Positions 42,726 through 52,483 of a DNA stretch of 52,483 nt are shown piece by piece. Both the position numbers and the translations under genes were made by a program. Positions within the stretch are counted from its first letter, which is position 1; every line of letters begins with the position of its first letter. Origin of the DNA: Pseudogulbenkiania sp. (GTDB lineage Bacteria > Pseudomonadota > Gammaproteobacteria > Burkholderiales > Chromobacteriaceae); the NCBI GenBank assembly GCA_016192025.1, contig JACPUY010000279.1, forward strand, positions 1 through 52,483, read 5' to 3'. The notes below the pieces were generated by a model that did not search any database, had not been told where the DNA came from, and was given only the letters and a program-made list of their open reading frames with translations.

Positions 42726-44180
42726 ATGAATTGGGCTGATTTGAACCTGGTGCCGGCATTGCCCGAGATCTTCCTGATCTCGGCACTGTCCGTCATTCTG
42801 TTGCTCGATCTGTTTATTTCGGACGCCAGACGGGGCATTACCTACGGCCTCAGCCTGCTGACCCTGGCCGGCACCGCCGCGCTGCAGGTGTATACGTTCG
42901 AGCCGTACGCGCAGTACACGCTGTCCAACATGTTCGTCGCCGACCCGCTGGCTTCGCTGGTGAAGCTGGCGATGTACGGGGCTACCGCGATCATCCTGGT
43001 GTACTCGCGCCAGTACACCGCCGACCGCGACATGTACAAGGGCGAGTACTTCACGCTGGCACTGTTCGCGCTGTTCGGCATGAACGTGATGGTCTCCGCC
43101 AGCCACTTCCTGTCGCTGTACATGGGGCTGGAACTGTTGTCGCTGTCGTTGTACGCGCTGATCGCGCTGCAGCGCGACTCGGTGCCGGCGACCGAAGCGG
43201 CGATGAAGTACTTCGTGCTGGGTGCGCTGGCCTCCGGCCTGCTGCTGTACGGCATGTCGATGGTGTACGGCGCGACCGGCACGCTGGAAATCGCCGCCAT
43301 CGCCAAGGCCATCCACGGCGGTTCGGCCAACCAGTTGCTGCTGGTGTTCGGCCTGGTATTCCTGGTGGCCGGCCTCGCCTTCAAGCTGGGCGCGGTACCG
43401 TTCCATATGTGGATCCCTGACGTGTACCAGGGCTCGCCGACCGCGATCACGCTGATGATCGGTGCCGCGCCGAAGCTGGCCGCCTTCGTCTTCATCTTCC
43501 GCATCCTGGTGCAGGGGCTGGACGGCCTGACCGGCGACTGGCAGAGCATGCTGGCGATCATGGCCGTGCTGTCGATGGCAATCGGTAACATCACCGCCAT
43601 CGCCCAGACCAACCTCAAGCGCATGCTGGCCTATTCGACCATCTCGCACATGGGCTTCCTGCTCTTGGGCCTGTTGGCCGGCAACGAGCAGGGCTACTCC
43701 TCCGCGCTGTTCTACGTCATCACCTACGTGCTGACCACGCTGGCCGCCTTCGGCATCATCCTGGCGCTGTCGCGCGCGGGCTTCGAGTGCGACAAGCTGG
43801 ATGATCTGAAGGGCCTGAACAGCCGCAACAGCTGGTACGCTGCACTGATGCTGCTGGCGATGTTCTCGCTGGCCGGGATTCCGCCGCTGGTCGGTTTCTA
43901 CGCCAAGTTCGCGGTGATCAAGGCCATTGTCGATATCGGCCTGGTGCCGCTGGCGGTGTTCGCGGTGGTGATGTCGCTGATCGGTGCCTTCTACTACCTG
44001 CGCGTGGTCAAGAACATGTACTTCGACGAGGTGCAGGACAGCAGCCCGATCAGCGTGCCTGGCGACATGCAGCTGGTGCTGTCGCTGAACGCGTTGGCTC
44101 TGCTGGTGCTGGGCGTGGTACCGGAACGTCTGATCGAGATCTGTATCGAAGCGATGAAGCAGTCGCTGACCGTACTGTAA
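42726..44180 (+). CDS. nuoN: NADH-quinone oxidoreductase subunit N
   Basis: [25 protein letters not shown] and SLAGIPP. Confidence 0.96.
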   Translation: MNWADLNLVPALPEIFLISALSVILLLDLFISDARRGITYGLSLLTLAGTAALQVYTFEPYAQYTLSNMFVADPLASLVKLAMYGATAIILVYSRQYTADRDMYKGEYFTLALFALFGMNVMVSASHFLSLYMGLELLSLSLYALIALQRDSVPATEAAMKYFVLGALASGLLLYGMSMVYGATGTLEIAAIAKAIHGGSANQLLLVFGLVFLVAGLAFKLGAVPFHMWIPDVYQGSPTAITLMIGAAPKLAAFVFIFRILVQGLDGLTGDWQSMLAIMAVLSMAIGNITAIAQTNLKRMLAYSTISHMGFLLLGLLAGNEQGYSSALFYVITYVLTTLAAFGIILALSRAGFECDKLDDLKGLNSRNSWYAALMLLAMFSLAGIPPLVGFYAKFAVIKAIVDIGLVPLAVFAVVMSLIGAFYYLRVVKNMYFDEVQDSSPISVPGDMQLVLSLNALALLVLGVVPERLIEICIEAMKQSLTVL

Positions 44181-44189
44181 GGAGTCGCC

Positions 44190-44486
44190 GTGGAGAGCAG
44201 TGTCGCCACCCTGTTGATCGTTGCCGTCATCGCGGCCAATCTGCCGTTTTTCATGCCGCGCGTCGCCGGCGTGATCCGGGTGGAGTCCAAGCATGCCGGC
44301 TGGCGACTGCTGGAGCTGGTGGTGCTGTTCTTCCTGGTCGGTCTACTGGCGCGTTTTCTGGAAGGGCGCCAGATGCCGGTGCACAGCCAGAACTGGCAGT
44401 TCTACGCGACCACCGCTGCGTTGTTCCTGGTGTTTGCCTTCCCGGGCTTCGTCTACCGCTATTTCTGGAAGCTGCGCCGCCACTGA
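44190..44486 (+). CDS. DUF2818-like membrane protein
   Basis: AANLPF, Q.WQFYA and FPGFVYRY; typical position after nuoN in betaproteobacteria. Confidence 0.8.
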   Translation: MESSVATLLIVAVIAANLPFFMPRVAGVIRVESKHAGWRLLELVVLFFLVGLLARFLEGRQMPVHSQNWQFYATTAALFLVFAFPGFVYRYFWKLRRH

Positions 44487-44505
44487 GCGACGAGTTGTCT
44501 CCGAT

Positions 44506-44535
44506 AAAAACCCGACTGCTTGCAGTCGGGTTTTT
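44506..44535 (+). terminator. Terminator of the nuo operon
   Basis: aaaaacccgactgc-tt-gcagtcgggttttt. Confidence 0.8.
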
Positions 44536-44672
44536 CGTTTCCGGGAGCCGGACCGGGAGGGGGAGAGCGAGCCTTGGCTCCCATGGCGGCCGATGGTTCG
44601 TTTGGCGCGATGGGCGGTACTGTGCTGTCTATGGCCGGGCGGCGGGTGAAGTGGGGACCGCGCGCCGGCGAC

Positions 44673-44699
44673 AAAAAAGCCGACCGTGGAGGTCGGCTT
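44673..44699 (-). terminator. Terminator after the lipid A acyltransferase pair
   Basis: aagccgacc/ggtcggctt stem with a U-run on the minus strand. Confidence 0.7.
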
Positions 44700-44721
44700 G
44701 GGCCTTGATGGCTGGGGAGGA

Positions 44722-45588
44722 TCAGTAGAAGCGCGGCTGGCCCGGCGGGCGGGTCTTGAAGCGCTTGTGCAGCCAGAAGTACTGGTCGGGCATCTCGCGG
44801 ATGCGCTCCTCAAGAAAGGCGTTCATGCGGCGGGTGTCGGCCTCGACGTCGTCGGTCGGGTAGTTGTCCCATGGGGGGTAGTATTCCAGTTCGAAGCGGT
44901 CGCCGACACGGCGCGCGATGACCGGCACCACGTGCGCCTTGGATAGCTTGGCGATGCGCGACAGCCCGGGAATGGTGGCGGCGTCGGTGTCGAAGAATTT
45001 CACGAAGATCGAATCGCGCGGGCCGAAGTCCTGGTCCGGCAGGTAGAGAAAGGGGGCGTGATCCTGGCGCATCGCCTTGATGATCGAGCGCAGGCTCTCC
45101 TGGCGCGACACGATGTAGACGTTGTCGTAACGCTGGCGTCCGCGGTAGATCTGCGCGTCGAGCACCGGATTCTTCTGGTGCGAGTAGACGCTGACCAGCG
45201 GGATGTCCTGGTTCATGCGGTAGGCGCCCATCTCGAAGGCGACGAAATGCGGGTAGAACAGGATGACGTCCTCGCCCTGCGCCCGCAGGTCGGTGACGTA
45301 GTGCAGGTTCTTTACCGTCACCAGTTTGCGGATGCGCTCGGCCGAACTCCACCAGCACACGCCGTATTCCAGCGCGAGCCGGATCATGTGGCGGAAGTTG
45401 CGGCGGATCAGCCGCTTGCGCTCGGCCAGCGACATGTCGGGAAAGCACAGCCGCAGATTGATCAGGCCAACCCGGCGCCGTTCGCGCGCCAGGGCGTAGG
45501 CGAGACTGCCGAGCAGCCAGGCGAGCGCGCCGATGAGCCTCATCGGCAACAGGCGGATCAGCCACAGCAGGGAAAAAACGATCTTCAT
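44722..45588 (-). CDS. Lipid A biosynthesis acyltransferase (LpxL/HtrB family)
   Basis: PHFVAFE (HxxxxE), YLPDQDFG and QYFWLHKRFKTRP. Confidence 0.9.
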   Translation of the reverse strand: MKIVFSLLWLIRLLPMRLIGALAWLLGSLAYALARERRRVGLINLRLCFPDMSLAERKRLIRRNFRHMIRLALEYGVCWWSSAERIRKLVTVKNLHYVTDLRAQGEDVILFYPHFVAFEMGAYRMNQDIPLVSVYSHQKNPVLDAQIYRGRQRYDNVYIVSRQESLRSIIKAMRQDHAPFLYLPDQDFGPRDSIFVKFFDTDAATIPGLSRIAKLSKAHVVPVIARRVGDRFELEYYPPWDNYPTDDVEADTRRMNAFLEERIREMPDQYFWLHKRFKTRPPGQPRFY

Positions 45589-45597
45589 TATTGCTTC

Positions 45598-46485
45598 TTA
45601 TCCTTGTTGCGGGGTGGGTCGGCTGACGCCGGCCGGGCATTTGTAACGGTTGTAACTCCACAGGTACTGGGCGGGGTGGCGGCGGATCAGGGTCTCGACG
45701 GCGCGGTTGAGCGTGGCGGCGTCCTGTTCCTTGTCGCCGCTGAAGGCTTCCGGCAGCGGTTCGATGTGTACGGCGAAACCGGCCCCCTTGGGCAGGCGCT
45801 CGCCGGTGAACAGCAGCACCTCGACACCGGAGAGCTGCGCCAGGCGCGGCACCAGCGTCATGGTGTAGGCGGGTTGGCCGAAGAACGGTGCCCATACCCC
45901 TTCGCCGTTGCCCGGCACCTGGTCGGGCAGGATGATGGTGGCCTCGCCGGATTTCAGCGCCTTCATCAGCACGCGCACCCCGGCACCGGTAGCCGGCGCG
46001 GTCTTGCCCTTGCCGCGGCTGCGTCCGGCCTGCATCACCGGTTCCAGCCAGGCGAGCCGGGGCGGGCGGTACATGGCGGTGAGCGGGAACGGCAGGCGTG
46101 AGCTGATGTAGCGCCCGGCGATGTCGTAGCTGCCCAGGTGCGGCGTGACGAAGACGATGCCGTGGCCGGCGGCGAGCGCCGCCTCGACGTGTTCCCAGCC
46201 GCTGCAGTGGCGCACCATGGCGGCGATATCGTCTGGCTCGCGGCACCAGGCGATGGCCAGTTCCAGTGCTCCCTTACCGGTTTCTGCGGCGGACTGTTTG
46301 ACTAAGTCTTGGAAAACCTGATAACTTTTGCCGATTTGACTTGACCTAAGATTCTCCTCCAGTCTCGCCGCGAAGCGGGGGGACAGATGATAGGTAAGCC
46401 GTCCCAGGCAGGCCCCCAGCCCCTGCAGCCACGCCAGTGGCAGCCGCGCGAGGAGGGAGAGCAGAAAATGGACCAACGTTGCCAT
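45598..46485 (-). CDS. Lipid A/lysophospholipid acyltransferase (LpxL family paralog)
   Basis: TPHLGSYD, ILPDQVP and QYLWSYNRYK. Confidence 0.88.
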   Translation of the reverse strand: MATLVHFLLSLLARLPLAWLQGLGACLGRLTYHLSPRFAARLEENLRSSQIGKSYQVFQDLVKQSAAETGKGALELAIAWCREPDDIAAMVRHCSGWEHVEAALAAGHGIVFVTPHLGSYDIAGRYISSRLPFPLTAMYRPPRLAWLEPVMQAGRSRGKGKTAPATGAGVRVLMKALKSGEATIILPDQVPGNGEGVWAPFFGQPAYTMTLVPRLAQLSGVEVLLFTGERLPKGAGFAVHIEPLPEAFSGDKEQDAATLNRAVETLIRRHPAQYLWSYNRYKCPAGVSRPTPQQG

Positions 46486-46564
46486 GACGGGTTCAAAATG
46501 AAAAGTGGAATCGGCCTATTTTATCATCCTTCAGTTTTAGGCTTTCTCCGGGAATGAAAAATCA

Positions 46565-47734
46565 ATGAGCGAATACCTGTTTACTTCCGAATCGGTGTCC
46601 GAAGGACATCCGGACAAAGTAGCCGACCAGATTTCCGACGCCATCCTCGACGCCATCCTGCGTGAGGACAAGCATGCCCGCGTCGCCGCTGAGACGCTGG
46701 TGAACACCGGCCTGGTGGTGCTGGCCGGCGAGATCACCACTACCGCCAACGTCGACTACATCAAGATCGCGCGCGACGCCATCAAGCGCATCGGCTACGA
46801 CAACGCTGACATGGGCTTCGACTACCGCGGTTGCGCCGTCCTGGTCGGCTACGACAAGCAGTCGCCCGATATCGCCCAGGGTGTGAACGAGGGTGAGGGG
46901 ATGGATCTGGACCAGGGCGCCGGTGACCAGGGCCTGATGTTCGGCTACGCTTGCGACGAGACCCCGACCCTGATGCCGTTCCCGATCTACTACGCGCACC
47001 GCCTGGTGCAGCGTCAGGCCGAACTGCGCAAGGACGGCCGTCTGCCGTGGCTGCGTCCGGACGCCAAGAGCCAGATCACCTGCGTCTACGATAGCGAAAC
47101 CGGCCTGCCCAAGCGCATCGACACCGTGGTGCTGTCCACCCAGCACGCGCCGGACATCGACCACAAGACGCTGACCGAGGCGGTGATCGAGGACATCATC
47201 AAGCCGGTGCTGCCGCCGGAGATGCTGACCGCGGAGACCCGCTTCCTGATCAACCCGACCGGCCGCTTCGTTATCGGCGGTCCGCAGGGCGACTGCGGCC
47301 TGACCGGGCGCAAGATCATCGTCGACACCTACGGCGGTGCCGCGCCGCACGGCGGTGGCGCGTTCTCCGGCAAGGACCCGTCCAAGGTGGACCGTTCGGC
47401 CGCCTACGCCGGCCGTTACGTGGCCAAGAACATCGTCGCCGCCGGGCTGGCGCGCCAGTGCCAGATCCAGGTGAGCTACGCCATCGGCGTGGCGCAGCCG
47501 ACCTCGATCTCGGTCGATACCTTCGGCACCAACGTGGTTCCGAACGAGCTGATCGTCGAACTGGTCAAGCAGCACTTCGACCTGCGTCCGAAAGGCATCA
47601 TCAAGGAGCTCGACCTGCTGCGCCCGATCTACAGCAAGACCGCCGCCTACGGCCACTTCGGCCGCGAAGAGCCGGAATTCAGCTGGGAGCGCACCGACAA
47701 GGTGGAAGCGCTGCGCGCCGCCGCCGGGCTGTAA
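46565..47734 (+). CDS. metK: S-adenosylmethionine synthetase
   Basis: [19 protein letters not shown] and GGGAFSGKD. Confidence 0.98.
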   Translation: MSEYLFTSESVSEGHPDKVADQISDAILDAILREDKHARVAAETLVNTGLVVLAGEITTTANVDYIKIARDAIKRIGYDNADMGFDYRGCAVLVGYDKQSPDIAQGVNEGEGMDLDQGAGDQGLMFGYACDETPTLMPFPIYYAHRLVQRQAELRKDGRLPWLRPDAKSQITCVYDSETGLPKRIDTVVLSTQHAPDIDHKTLTEAVIEDIIKPVLPPEMLTAETRFLINPTGRFVIGGPQGDCGLTGRKIIVDTYGGAAPHGGGAFSGKDPSKVDRSAAYAGRYVAKNIVAAGLARQCQIQVSYAIGVAQPTSISVDTFGTNVVPNELIVELVKQHFDLRPKGIIKELDLLRPIYSKTAAYGHFGREEPEFSWERTDKVEALRAAAGL

Positions 47735-47758
47735 TCTTCCTGCCGTTCATTTCCCAGC

Positions 47759-47783
47759 AAGCGGGCCCTGTGCCCGCTTTTTT
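47759..47783 (+). terminator. Terminator after metK
   Basis: aagcgggc..gcccgctttttt. Confidence 0.7.
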
Positions 47784-47911
47784 CATGCGCGACAGCCGGC
47801 GGACGCGAAAAGGTTGGTCGAAGCCCCTCGAGATGGAGTGTGGTTTCGTTGCCGCAGCCGTGCCCGGCGGCTGTTCTGCCAAGTGACTTTGCGGGTACAA
47901 TGCCGGGCTAG

Positions 47912-47974
47912 ACCGAGGAGCGCTGCGAGAGGGTGTTACCTCCCAGGCTCGGTTACCGCATCAACGGCGCTCAC
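47912..47974 (+). ncRNA. SAH riboswitch aptamer
   Basis: ACCGAG-GAGCGCTGC...CCAGG-CTCGGT...CAACGGCGCTC matches the SAH riboswitch consensus (P1 accgag/ctcggt; pseudoknot gagcgc/gcgctc). Lies upstream of ahcY, with a TACAAT -10 just before it. Confidence 0.9.
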
Positions 47975-48043
47975 CCTCATAACCCCGTGCCGGACGGGTT
48001 TGCGGGTGAGCCGCATCCCACCGGCCACATCGTGGAGTTCTTG

Positions 48044-49456
48044 ATGAACGCTGTGGCTGATACCTTTACCGATTTCTACGTTGCCGACATGGCGCAGGCC
48101 GGCTGGGGCCGCAAGGAACTGGCGATTGCCGAGACCGAAATGCCCGGCCTGATGGCGCGGCGCGCCGAGTATGGCGACAGCAAGCCGCTCAAGGGCGCCC
48201 GCATTGCCGGTTCGCTGCACATGACGATCCAGACCGGCGTGCTGATCGAGACGCTGGTGGCGCTGGGCGCCGACGTGCGCTGGGCCTCGTGCAACATCTT
48301 CTCGACCCAGGACCACGCTGCCGCCGCCATCGCCGCCGCCAACATCCCGGTGTTCGCCTTCAAGGGCGAGTCGCTCGACGAGTACTGGGAGTTCTCGCAC
48401 AAGATCTTCGAATGGCCGGAAAACGAGCCGGCCAACATGATCCTCGACGACGGTGGCGACGCCACGCTGCTGCTGATGCTGGGCGCACGCGCCGAGAGCG
48501 ACCGCTCGCTGATCGCGAAGCCTTCCAACGAGGAAGAAGTGGCGCTGTACGCCGCCATCGCCCGTTACCTGAAACGGGACGCCAACTGGTACTCCAAGCG
48601 CCTTGCGCACATCAAGGGCGTGACCGAGGAAACCACCACCGGCGTGCATCGCCTGTACCAGTTGCAGAAGGAAGGTCGTCTGCCGTTCCCGGCGTTCAAC
48701 GTCAACGACTCGGTGACCAAGTCCAAGTTCGACAACCTGTACGGTTGCCGCGAATCGCTGGTGGACGGCATCAAGCGCGCCACCGACGTGATGATCGCCG
48801 GCAAGATCGCCGTGGTGCTGGGCTACGGCGACGTGGGCAAGGGCTGCGCGCAATCCCTGCGCGGCCTCGGCGCTACTGTGTGGGTGACCGAGATCGACCC
48901 GATCTGCGCGCTGCAGGCGGCGATGGAAGGCTACCGCGTGGTGACCATGGACGACGTGTGCAACCAGGGTGACATCTTCGTCACCACCACCGGCAACGTC
49001 GGCGTGATCACCCACGAGCACCTGGTCAAGATGCGCAACAATGCCATCGTCTGCAACATCGGCCACTTCGACAGTGAGATCGAAGTCGCCAGCTTGCGCC
49101 AGTACCAGTGGGAGAACATCAAGCCGCAGGTTGACCACATCATCTTCCCGGATGGCCGCCGCATCATCCTGCTGGCCGAAGGCCGCCTGGTCAACCTCGG
49201 CTGCGCCACCGGCCACCCGAGCTTCGTGATGTCCAACAGCTTCACCAACCAGGTGCTGGCGCAGATGGAAATCTTCCAGCACGGCGACAAGTACGGCAAG
49301 GAAGTGTACGTGCTGCCGAAACACCTGGACGAGAAGGTGGCGCGCCTGCATCTGGAGCGCATCGGCGTCAAGCTGACCGAGCTGTCCGATGCCCAGGCCA
49401 CCTACATCAGCGTGCCGAAGGAAGGCCCATATAAGCCGGCTCACTATCGTTATTGA
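48044..49456 (+). CDS. ahcY: Adenosylhomocysteinase
   Basis: [31 protein letters not shown] and NLGCATGHP. Confidence 0.98.
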   Translation: MNAVADTFTDFYVADMAQAGWGRKELAIAETEMPGLMARRAEYGDSKPLKGARIAGSLHMTIQTGVLIETLVALGADVRWASCNIFSTQDHAAAAIAAANIPVFAFKGESLDEYWEFSHKIFEWPENEPANMILDDGGDATLLLMLGARAESDRSLIAKPSNEEEVALYAAIARYLKRDANWYSKRLAHIKGVTEETTTGVHRLYQLQKEGRLPFPAFNVNDSVTKSKFDNLYGCRESLVDGIKRATDVMIAGKIAVVLGYGDVGKGCAQSLRGLGATVWVTEIDPICALQAAMEGYRVVTMDDVCNQGDIFVTTTGNVGVITHEHLVKMRNNAIVCNIGHFDSEIEVASLRQYQWENIKPQVDHIIFPDGRRIILLAEGRLVNLGCATGHPSFVMSNSFTNQVLAQMEIFQHGDKYGKEVYVLPKHLDEKVARLHLERIGVKLTELSDAQATYISVPKEGPYKPAHYRY

Positions 49457-49471
49457 TTTTTGAGTCGAGAG

Positions 49472-49510
49472 AGGCGGACAGGGCAGGCTAGAATGCTTTG
49501 TCCGCTTTTT
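49472..49510 (+). terminator. Hairpin terminator between ahcY and metF
   Basis: gcggacagggca/tgctttgtccgc stem (G-U pairs) plus TTTTT. Confidence 0.6.
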
Positions 49511-49603
49511 CATGCCCGCCGGCTCACGACGGGCGGCAATACTATCCGGGAATAACGACCGCTTCGGCCAAGCTCGGCACGTGGCGGCGACAGAGAGCAG
49601 ATC

Positions 49604-50440
49604 ATGAGCACCAAGCCGCGTACCTTCAGTTTCGAGTTTTTCCCGCCCAAGACGGCGGAAAGCATCGCCAAGCTGCGCACCACGCGTCAGCAGCTGGCGC
49701 AATTCAAGCCCGAGTTCTTCTCCGTCACCTTCGGCGCCGGCGGTACCACGCGCGAGGGTACGCTGGCCACGGTGCTGGAAATCCGCAACGAGGGCTACGC
49801 TGCCGCACCGCACCTGTCGTGCATCGGCTCCACCCGCGACAACATCCGTGCCATCCTCAACGAGTACAAGAGCCACGGCATCCGCCACATCGTGGCGCTG
49901 CGCGGTGATCTGCCGTCCGGCATGGGCGAGGCCGGCGAGTTCCGTTACGCCAACGAGCTGGTGGGCTTCATCCGCGCCGAACACGGCGACCATTTCCACA
50001 TCGAGGTGGCGGCCTACCCGGAATTCCACCCGCAGGCGCGCTCGGCCGAGGACGACCTCAACAACTTCGTGCGCAAGGTGCAGGCCGGCGCCAACTCGGC
50101 GATGACCCAGTACTTCTTCAACGCCGACGCCTACTTCCGCTTCGTCGACGAGGTGCAGGCGCGTGGCGTGGATATCCCGATCGTGCCGGGCATCATGCCG
50201 ATCGCCAACTTCGGCCAGCTATGCCGCTTCTCTGATATGTGCGGCGCCGAAGTGCCGCGCTGGCTGCGCCTCAGGATGCAGTCCTACTACGACGATACCG
50301 CCTCGATCCGCGCGCTCGGCCTCGACGTGATCACCGAGCTGTGCGACCGCCTGCTGACGGGCGGTGCCCCCGGCCTGCATTTCTATACGCTGAACCAGGC
50401 CGGCATCGTCTCCACCATCTGGCAGCGCTTGGGTCTGTAA
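49604..50440 (+). CDS. metF: 5,10-methylenetetrahydrofolate reductase
   Basis: SFEFFPPKT, SVTFGAGG, ALRGD, AYPE.HP and LHFYTLN. Confidence 0.97.
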   Translation: MSTKPRTFSFEFFPPKTAESIAKLRTTRQQLAQFKPEFFSVTFGAGGTTREGTLATVLEIRNEGYAAAPHLSCIGSTRDNIRAILNEYKSHGIRHIVALRGDLPSGMGEAGEFRYANELVGFIRAEHGDHFHIEVAAYPEFHPQARSAEDDLNNFVRKVQAGANSAMTQYFFNADAYFRFVDEVQARGVDIPIVPGIMPIANFGQLCRFSDMCGAEVPRWLRLRMQSYYDDTASIRALGLDVITELCDRLLTGGAPGLHFYTLNQAGIVSTIWQRLGL

Positions 50441-50460
50441 CGGCGTTTGCTTGCGCAATG

Positions 50461-50501
50461 AAAAGCACCGTCGCCCTTTGCCGGGCGACGGTGCTTTTTT
50501 T
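50461..50501. terminator. Bidirectional terminator between metF and the Lrp gene
   Basis: aaaagcaccgtcgccc/gggcgacggtgcttttttt. Confidence 0.8.
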
Positions 50502-50569
50502 ACGGCCAGTTCCTATTCCGCTGCCGATGGGGAGGGCGTGAGTTTGTCTGGTTCACTGCAAACCGCGGA

Positions 50570-51049
50570 TCAGCCGCCTTTCAGATGCTCGAGCGGCAGG
50601 GCGGCGGTGCGCTTGAATTCCTTGAGCACGAAGCTCGACTTGACGTCCTGGATGCCGGGCTGTTGCAGCAGCTGGTCCATCACAAAGCGCGAGAAGTGCT
50701 CCATGTCCTCGAAATAGACCTGCAGCAGGTAGTCCATCTCGCCGGTCATGGCGTAGCAGTTGATGACCTCCGGCCAGCGCTGCACGGCGTCGATGAACAG
50801 GTCCAGGTTGCCGCGTTTCTCCAGCATGACGCGCACGAAGGCCTGCAGGCCCAGCCCGATGCGCGCCGGGTCGAGCAGCGCCACGTACTGGCGGATGACG
50901 CCGGACTCTTCCAGCTGCTTGAGCCGGCGCAGGCAGGGCGAGGGGGAGAGCGCGATGCGCTCGGCCAACTCCACATTGCTCAGACGGCCGTTTAGCTGGA
51001 GTTCGGCCAGGATTCTCAGATCTGTCTTGTCTAGTGTGATATCTGGCAT
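50570..51049 (-). CDS. Lrp/AsnC family transcriptional regulator
   Basis: LDKTDLRIL, LSPSPCLRRLK and MTGEMDYLL; divergent from phhA. Confidence 0.93.
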   Translation of the reverse strand: MPDITLDKTDLRILAELQLNGRLSNVELAERIALSPSPCLRRLKQLEESGVIRQYVALLDPARIGLGLQAFVRVMLEKRGNLDLFIDAVQRWPEVINCYAMTGEMDYLLQVYFEDMEHFSRFVMDQLLQQPGIQDVKSSFVLKEFKRTAALPLEHLKGG

Positions 51050-51221
51050 TTTGTTCTCGTATTTTTGCGTAAGAGTAAAATTTTATTTTAGTTATTAGTA
51101 ATTTTTGGGTTTCTTTGCAAGGAAATTGCGAAGCAAATTGCCTAAAATAAGCCTGGAAGCATGCTGCATTTTACACAGTGGCGTCAGACCGCTGCAGATT
51201 GTTTACCCAGGAGATAACGCC

Positions 51222-52007
51222 ATGTACACCGCCGAAGCGGCGCGTGAGCGCGCGGACATGCAGTTGTCCGCACTGCCGACCGAACTGGACATCCATCGGG
51301 CCGCGGTGCCGGAATATACCGATATCGAGCACCACACCTGGGCCACGCTGCTGGCCAATCAGGCCGCGGTGCTGCCGGGCCGGGCCTGCAGCGAGTTCCT
51401 GGCCGGACTGGCCATGATCGACTTTCCCCAGGAACGTATCCCTCACCTGGCCGACATCAGCGACCGCATCGAGGCCACCACCGGTTGGCGCCTGACGCGG
51501 GTCGACGGCATCGTGCCGGACAAGGAGTTCTTCGAGCTGTTGGCGCAGCGCATCTTCCCGTCCACCGACTTCATCCGCAAGCCCGAGGAGATCGGCTATA
51601 CCCCGGCGCCGGACATGTTCCACGACCTGCTGGGCCACGCACCGCTGCTCTCCAACCCGCGCTTCGCCTCGTTCTTCGAGCGCTTCGGCCGCGCCGGCGT
51701 CAAGGCCTTCGAGAGCGAGCACCCCGGCCGCGTCTGGCTGCCGCGCATCTACTGGTACACCGTGGAGTTCGGGCTGATCCGCAATCCGGAAGGGCTGCGC
51801 ATCTACGGCGCCGGCATCATGTCGTCGCCCAACGAGGTGCTGTACAGCCTGTCGGACAAGACGCGCAAGGTCGACTTCGATATCGACCTGATCGCCGAGA
51901 CGGCGTACGACATCTGGCACATGCAGGAGCAGCTGTTCGTGATCGACAGCTTCGACCAGCTGGAAAACGAATTCGCGCACTGGACCGGACAGCACGGTCT
52001 GGCCTGA
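51222..52007 (+). CDS. phhA: Phenylalanine 4-hydroxylase
   Basis: PDMFHDLLGH and YWYTVEFGL iron-binding motifs, plus IYGAGI.SS; AGGAG RBS. Confidence 0.92.
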   Translation: MYTAEAARERADMQLSALPTELDIHRAAVPEYTDIEHHTWATLLANQAAVLPGRACSEFLAGLAMIDFPQERIPHLADISDRIEATTGWRLTRVDGIVPDKEFFELLAQRIFPSTDFIRKPEEIGYTPAPDMFHDLLGHAPLLSNPRFASFFERFGRAGVKAFESEHPGRVWLPRIYWYTVEFGLIRNPEGLRIYGAGIMSSPNEVLYSLSDKTRKVDFDIDLIAETAYDIWHMQEQLFVIDSFDQLENEFAHWTGQHGLA

Positions 52008-52082
52008 GATTTACCGATTGTCCCACACCCACCAGGACGGCCCCGGTAGAGGGCTCCCTACAGTAATACAGAGGAGAAACGA

Positions 52083-52483
52083 ATGAAGATGGAAACCATG
52101 CTCGGCAATCCGCTCGCCACCGACGGCTTTGAGTTCGTCGAGTTCACCGCGCCGCAGGAGCAGGAACTGGAGCACCTGCGCCAGCTGTTCCTGTCGCTGG
52201 GCTTTACCGAGATCGCCCGCCACCGCAGCAAGAACGTGCGGCTGTTCCGTCAGGGCGACATCAACTTCATTCTGAACGGCGAGCGCAGCCAGCCGGCCAG
52301 CGAATTCGGCAAGGTGCACGGGCCGTCGGCCTGCGCCATGGCTTGGCGCGTGAAAGACGCGGCCAAGGCCTACGACTACGCGCTGGCGCACGGCGGCGAC
52401 CCGTACGAACGCCCGATCGGCTGCATGGAGCTGAACATCCCGGCGATCGAGGGCATCGGCGGTTCGGCCTTGTACTTTGTCGA
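52083..52483 (+). CDS. hppD: 4-hydroxyphenylpyruvate dioxygenase, 3'-truncated by window edge (not in the ORF track)
   Basis: Manual translation gives NPLATDGFEFVEF, HRSKNVRLFRQGDINFILN, HGPSACAMA and MELNIPAIEGIGGS; GAGGAG RBS. Confidence 0.92.
   Translation, partial: MKMETMLGNPLATDGFEFVEFTAPQEQELEHLRQLFLSLGFTEIARHRSKNVRLFRQGDINFILNGERSQPASEFGKVHGPSACAMAWRVKDAAKAYDYALAHGGDPYERPIGCMELNIPAIEGIGGSALYFV

Noticed and set aside
44536-44672. Spacer between two convergent terminators, as a possible sRNA or small ORF
   Set aside because: No promoter, stable structure or credible coding signal recognised.
47933-48043. Extended N-termini in the ORF track (ahcY from 47933; also 1222, 1838, 9977, 10902, 20600, 29940, 32743 and 51105)
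   Set aside because: They run through a riboswitch, upstream genes or promoters. Downstream ATGs with an RBS or translational coupling fit the families better.

Overview
GC-rich betaproteobacterial chromosomal segment. Gene content and order suggest Neisseriales/Chromobacteriaceae (inference). Left to right: (1) a four-gene Wadjet (jetABCD) anti-plasmid locus, cut by the left edge, whose SMC-like jetC has one in-frame TAG at 2696-2698; (2) dusA-rdgB-hemW-ridA, a PhzF-family gene and a DUF2147 gene; (3) two abutting IS remnants (IS256-like and IS5/IS903-like 3' ends) bordering a compositionally distinct minus-strand respiratory nitrate reductase cassette (narK-G-H-J-I-PPIase) that ends before recG; (4) a PiT transporter and pstSCAB, with candidate Pho boxes placed for opposite regulation; (5) tpiA-secG-tRNA-Leu(GAG)-nuoA-N-DUF2818; (6) two lipid A acyltransferases, then metK, an SAH riboswitch, ahcY and metF; (7) an Lrp regulator divergent from phhA and a 3'-truncated hppD. 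Several single-base changes at normally conserved residues suggest base-calling errors, which matters for interpreting the jetC stop. I found no system that I can defend as entirely new. The best leads are the interrupted Wadjet, the IS-bounded nar cassette and the reciprocal Pho-box layout. All calls come from reading the sequence and remembered family motifs; no searches were run.
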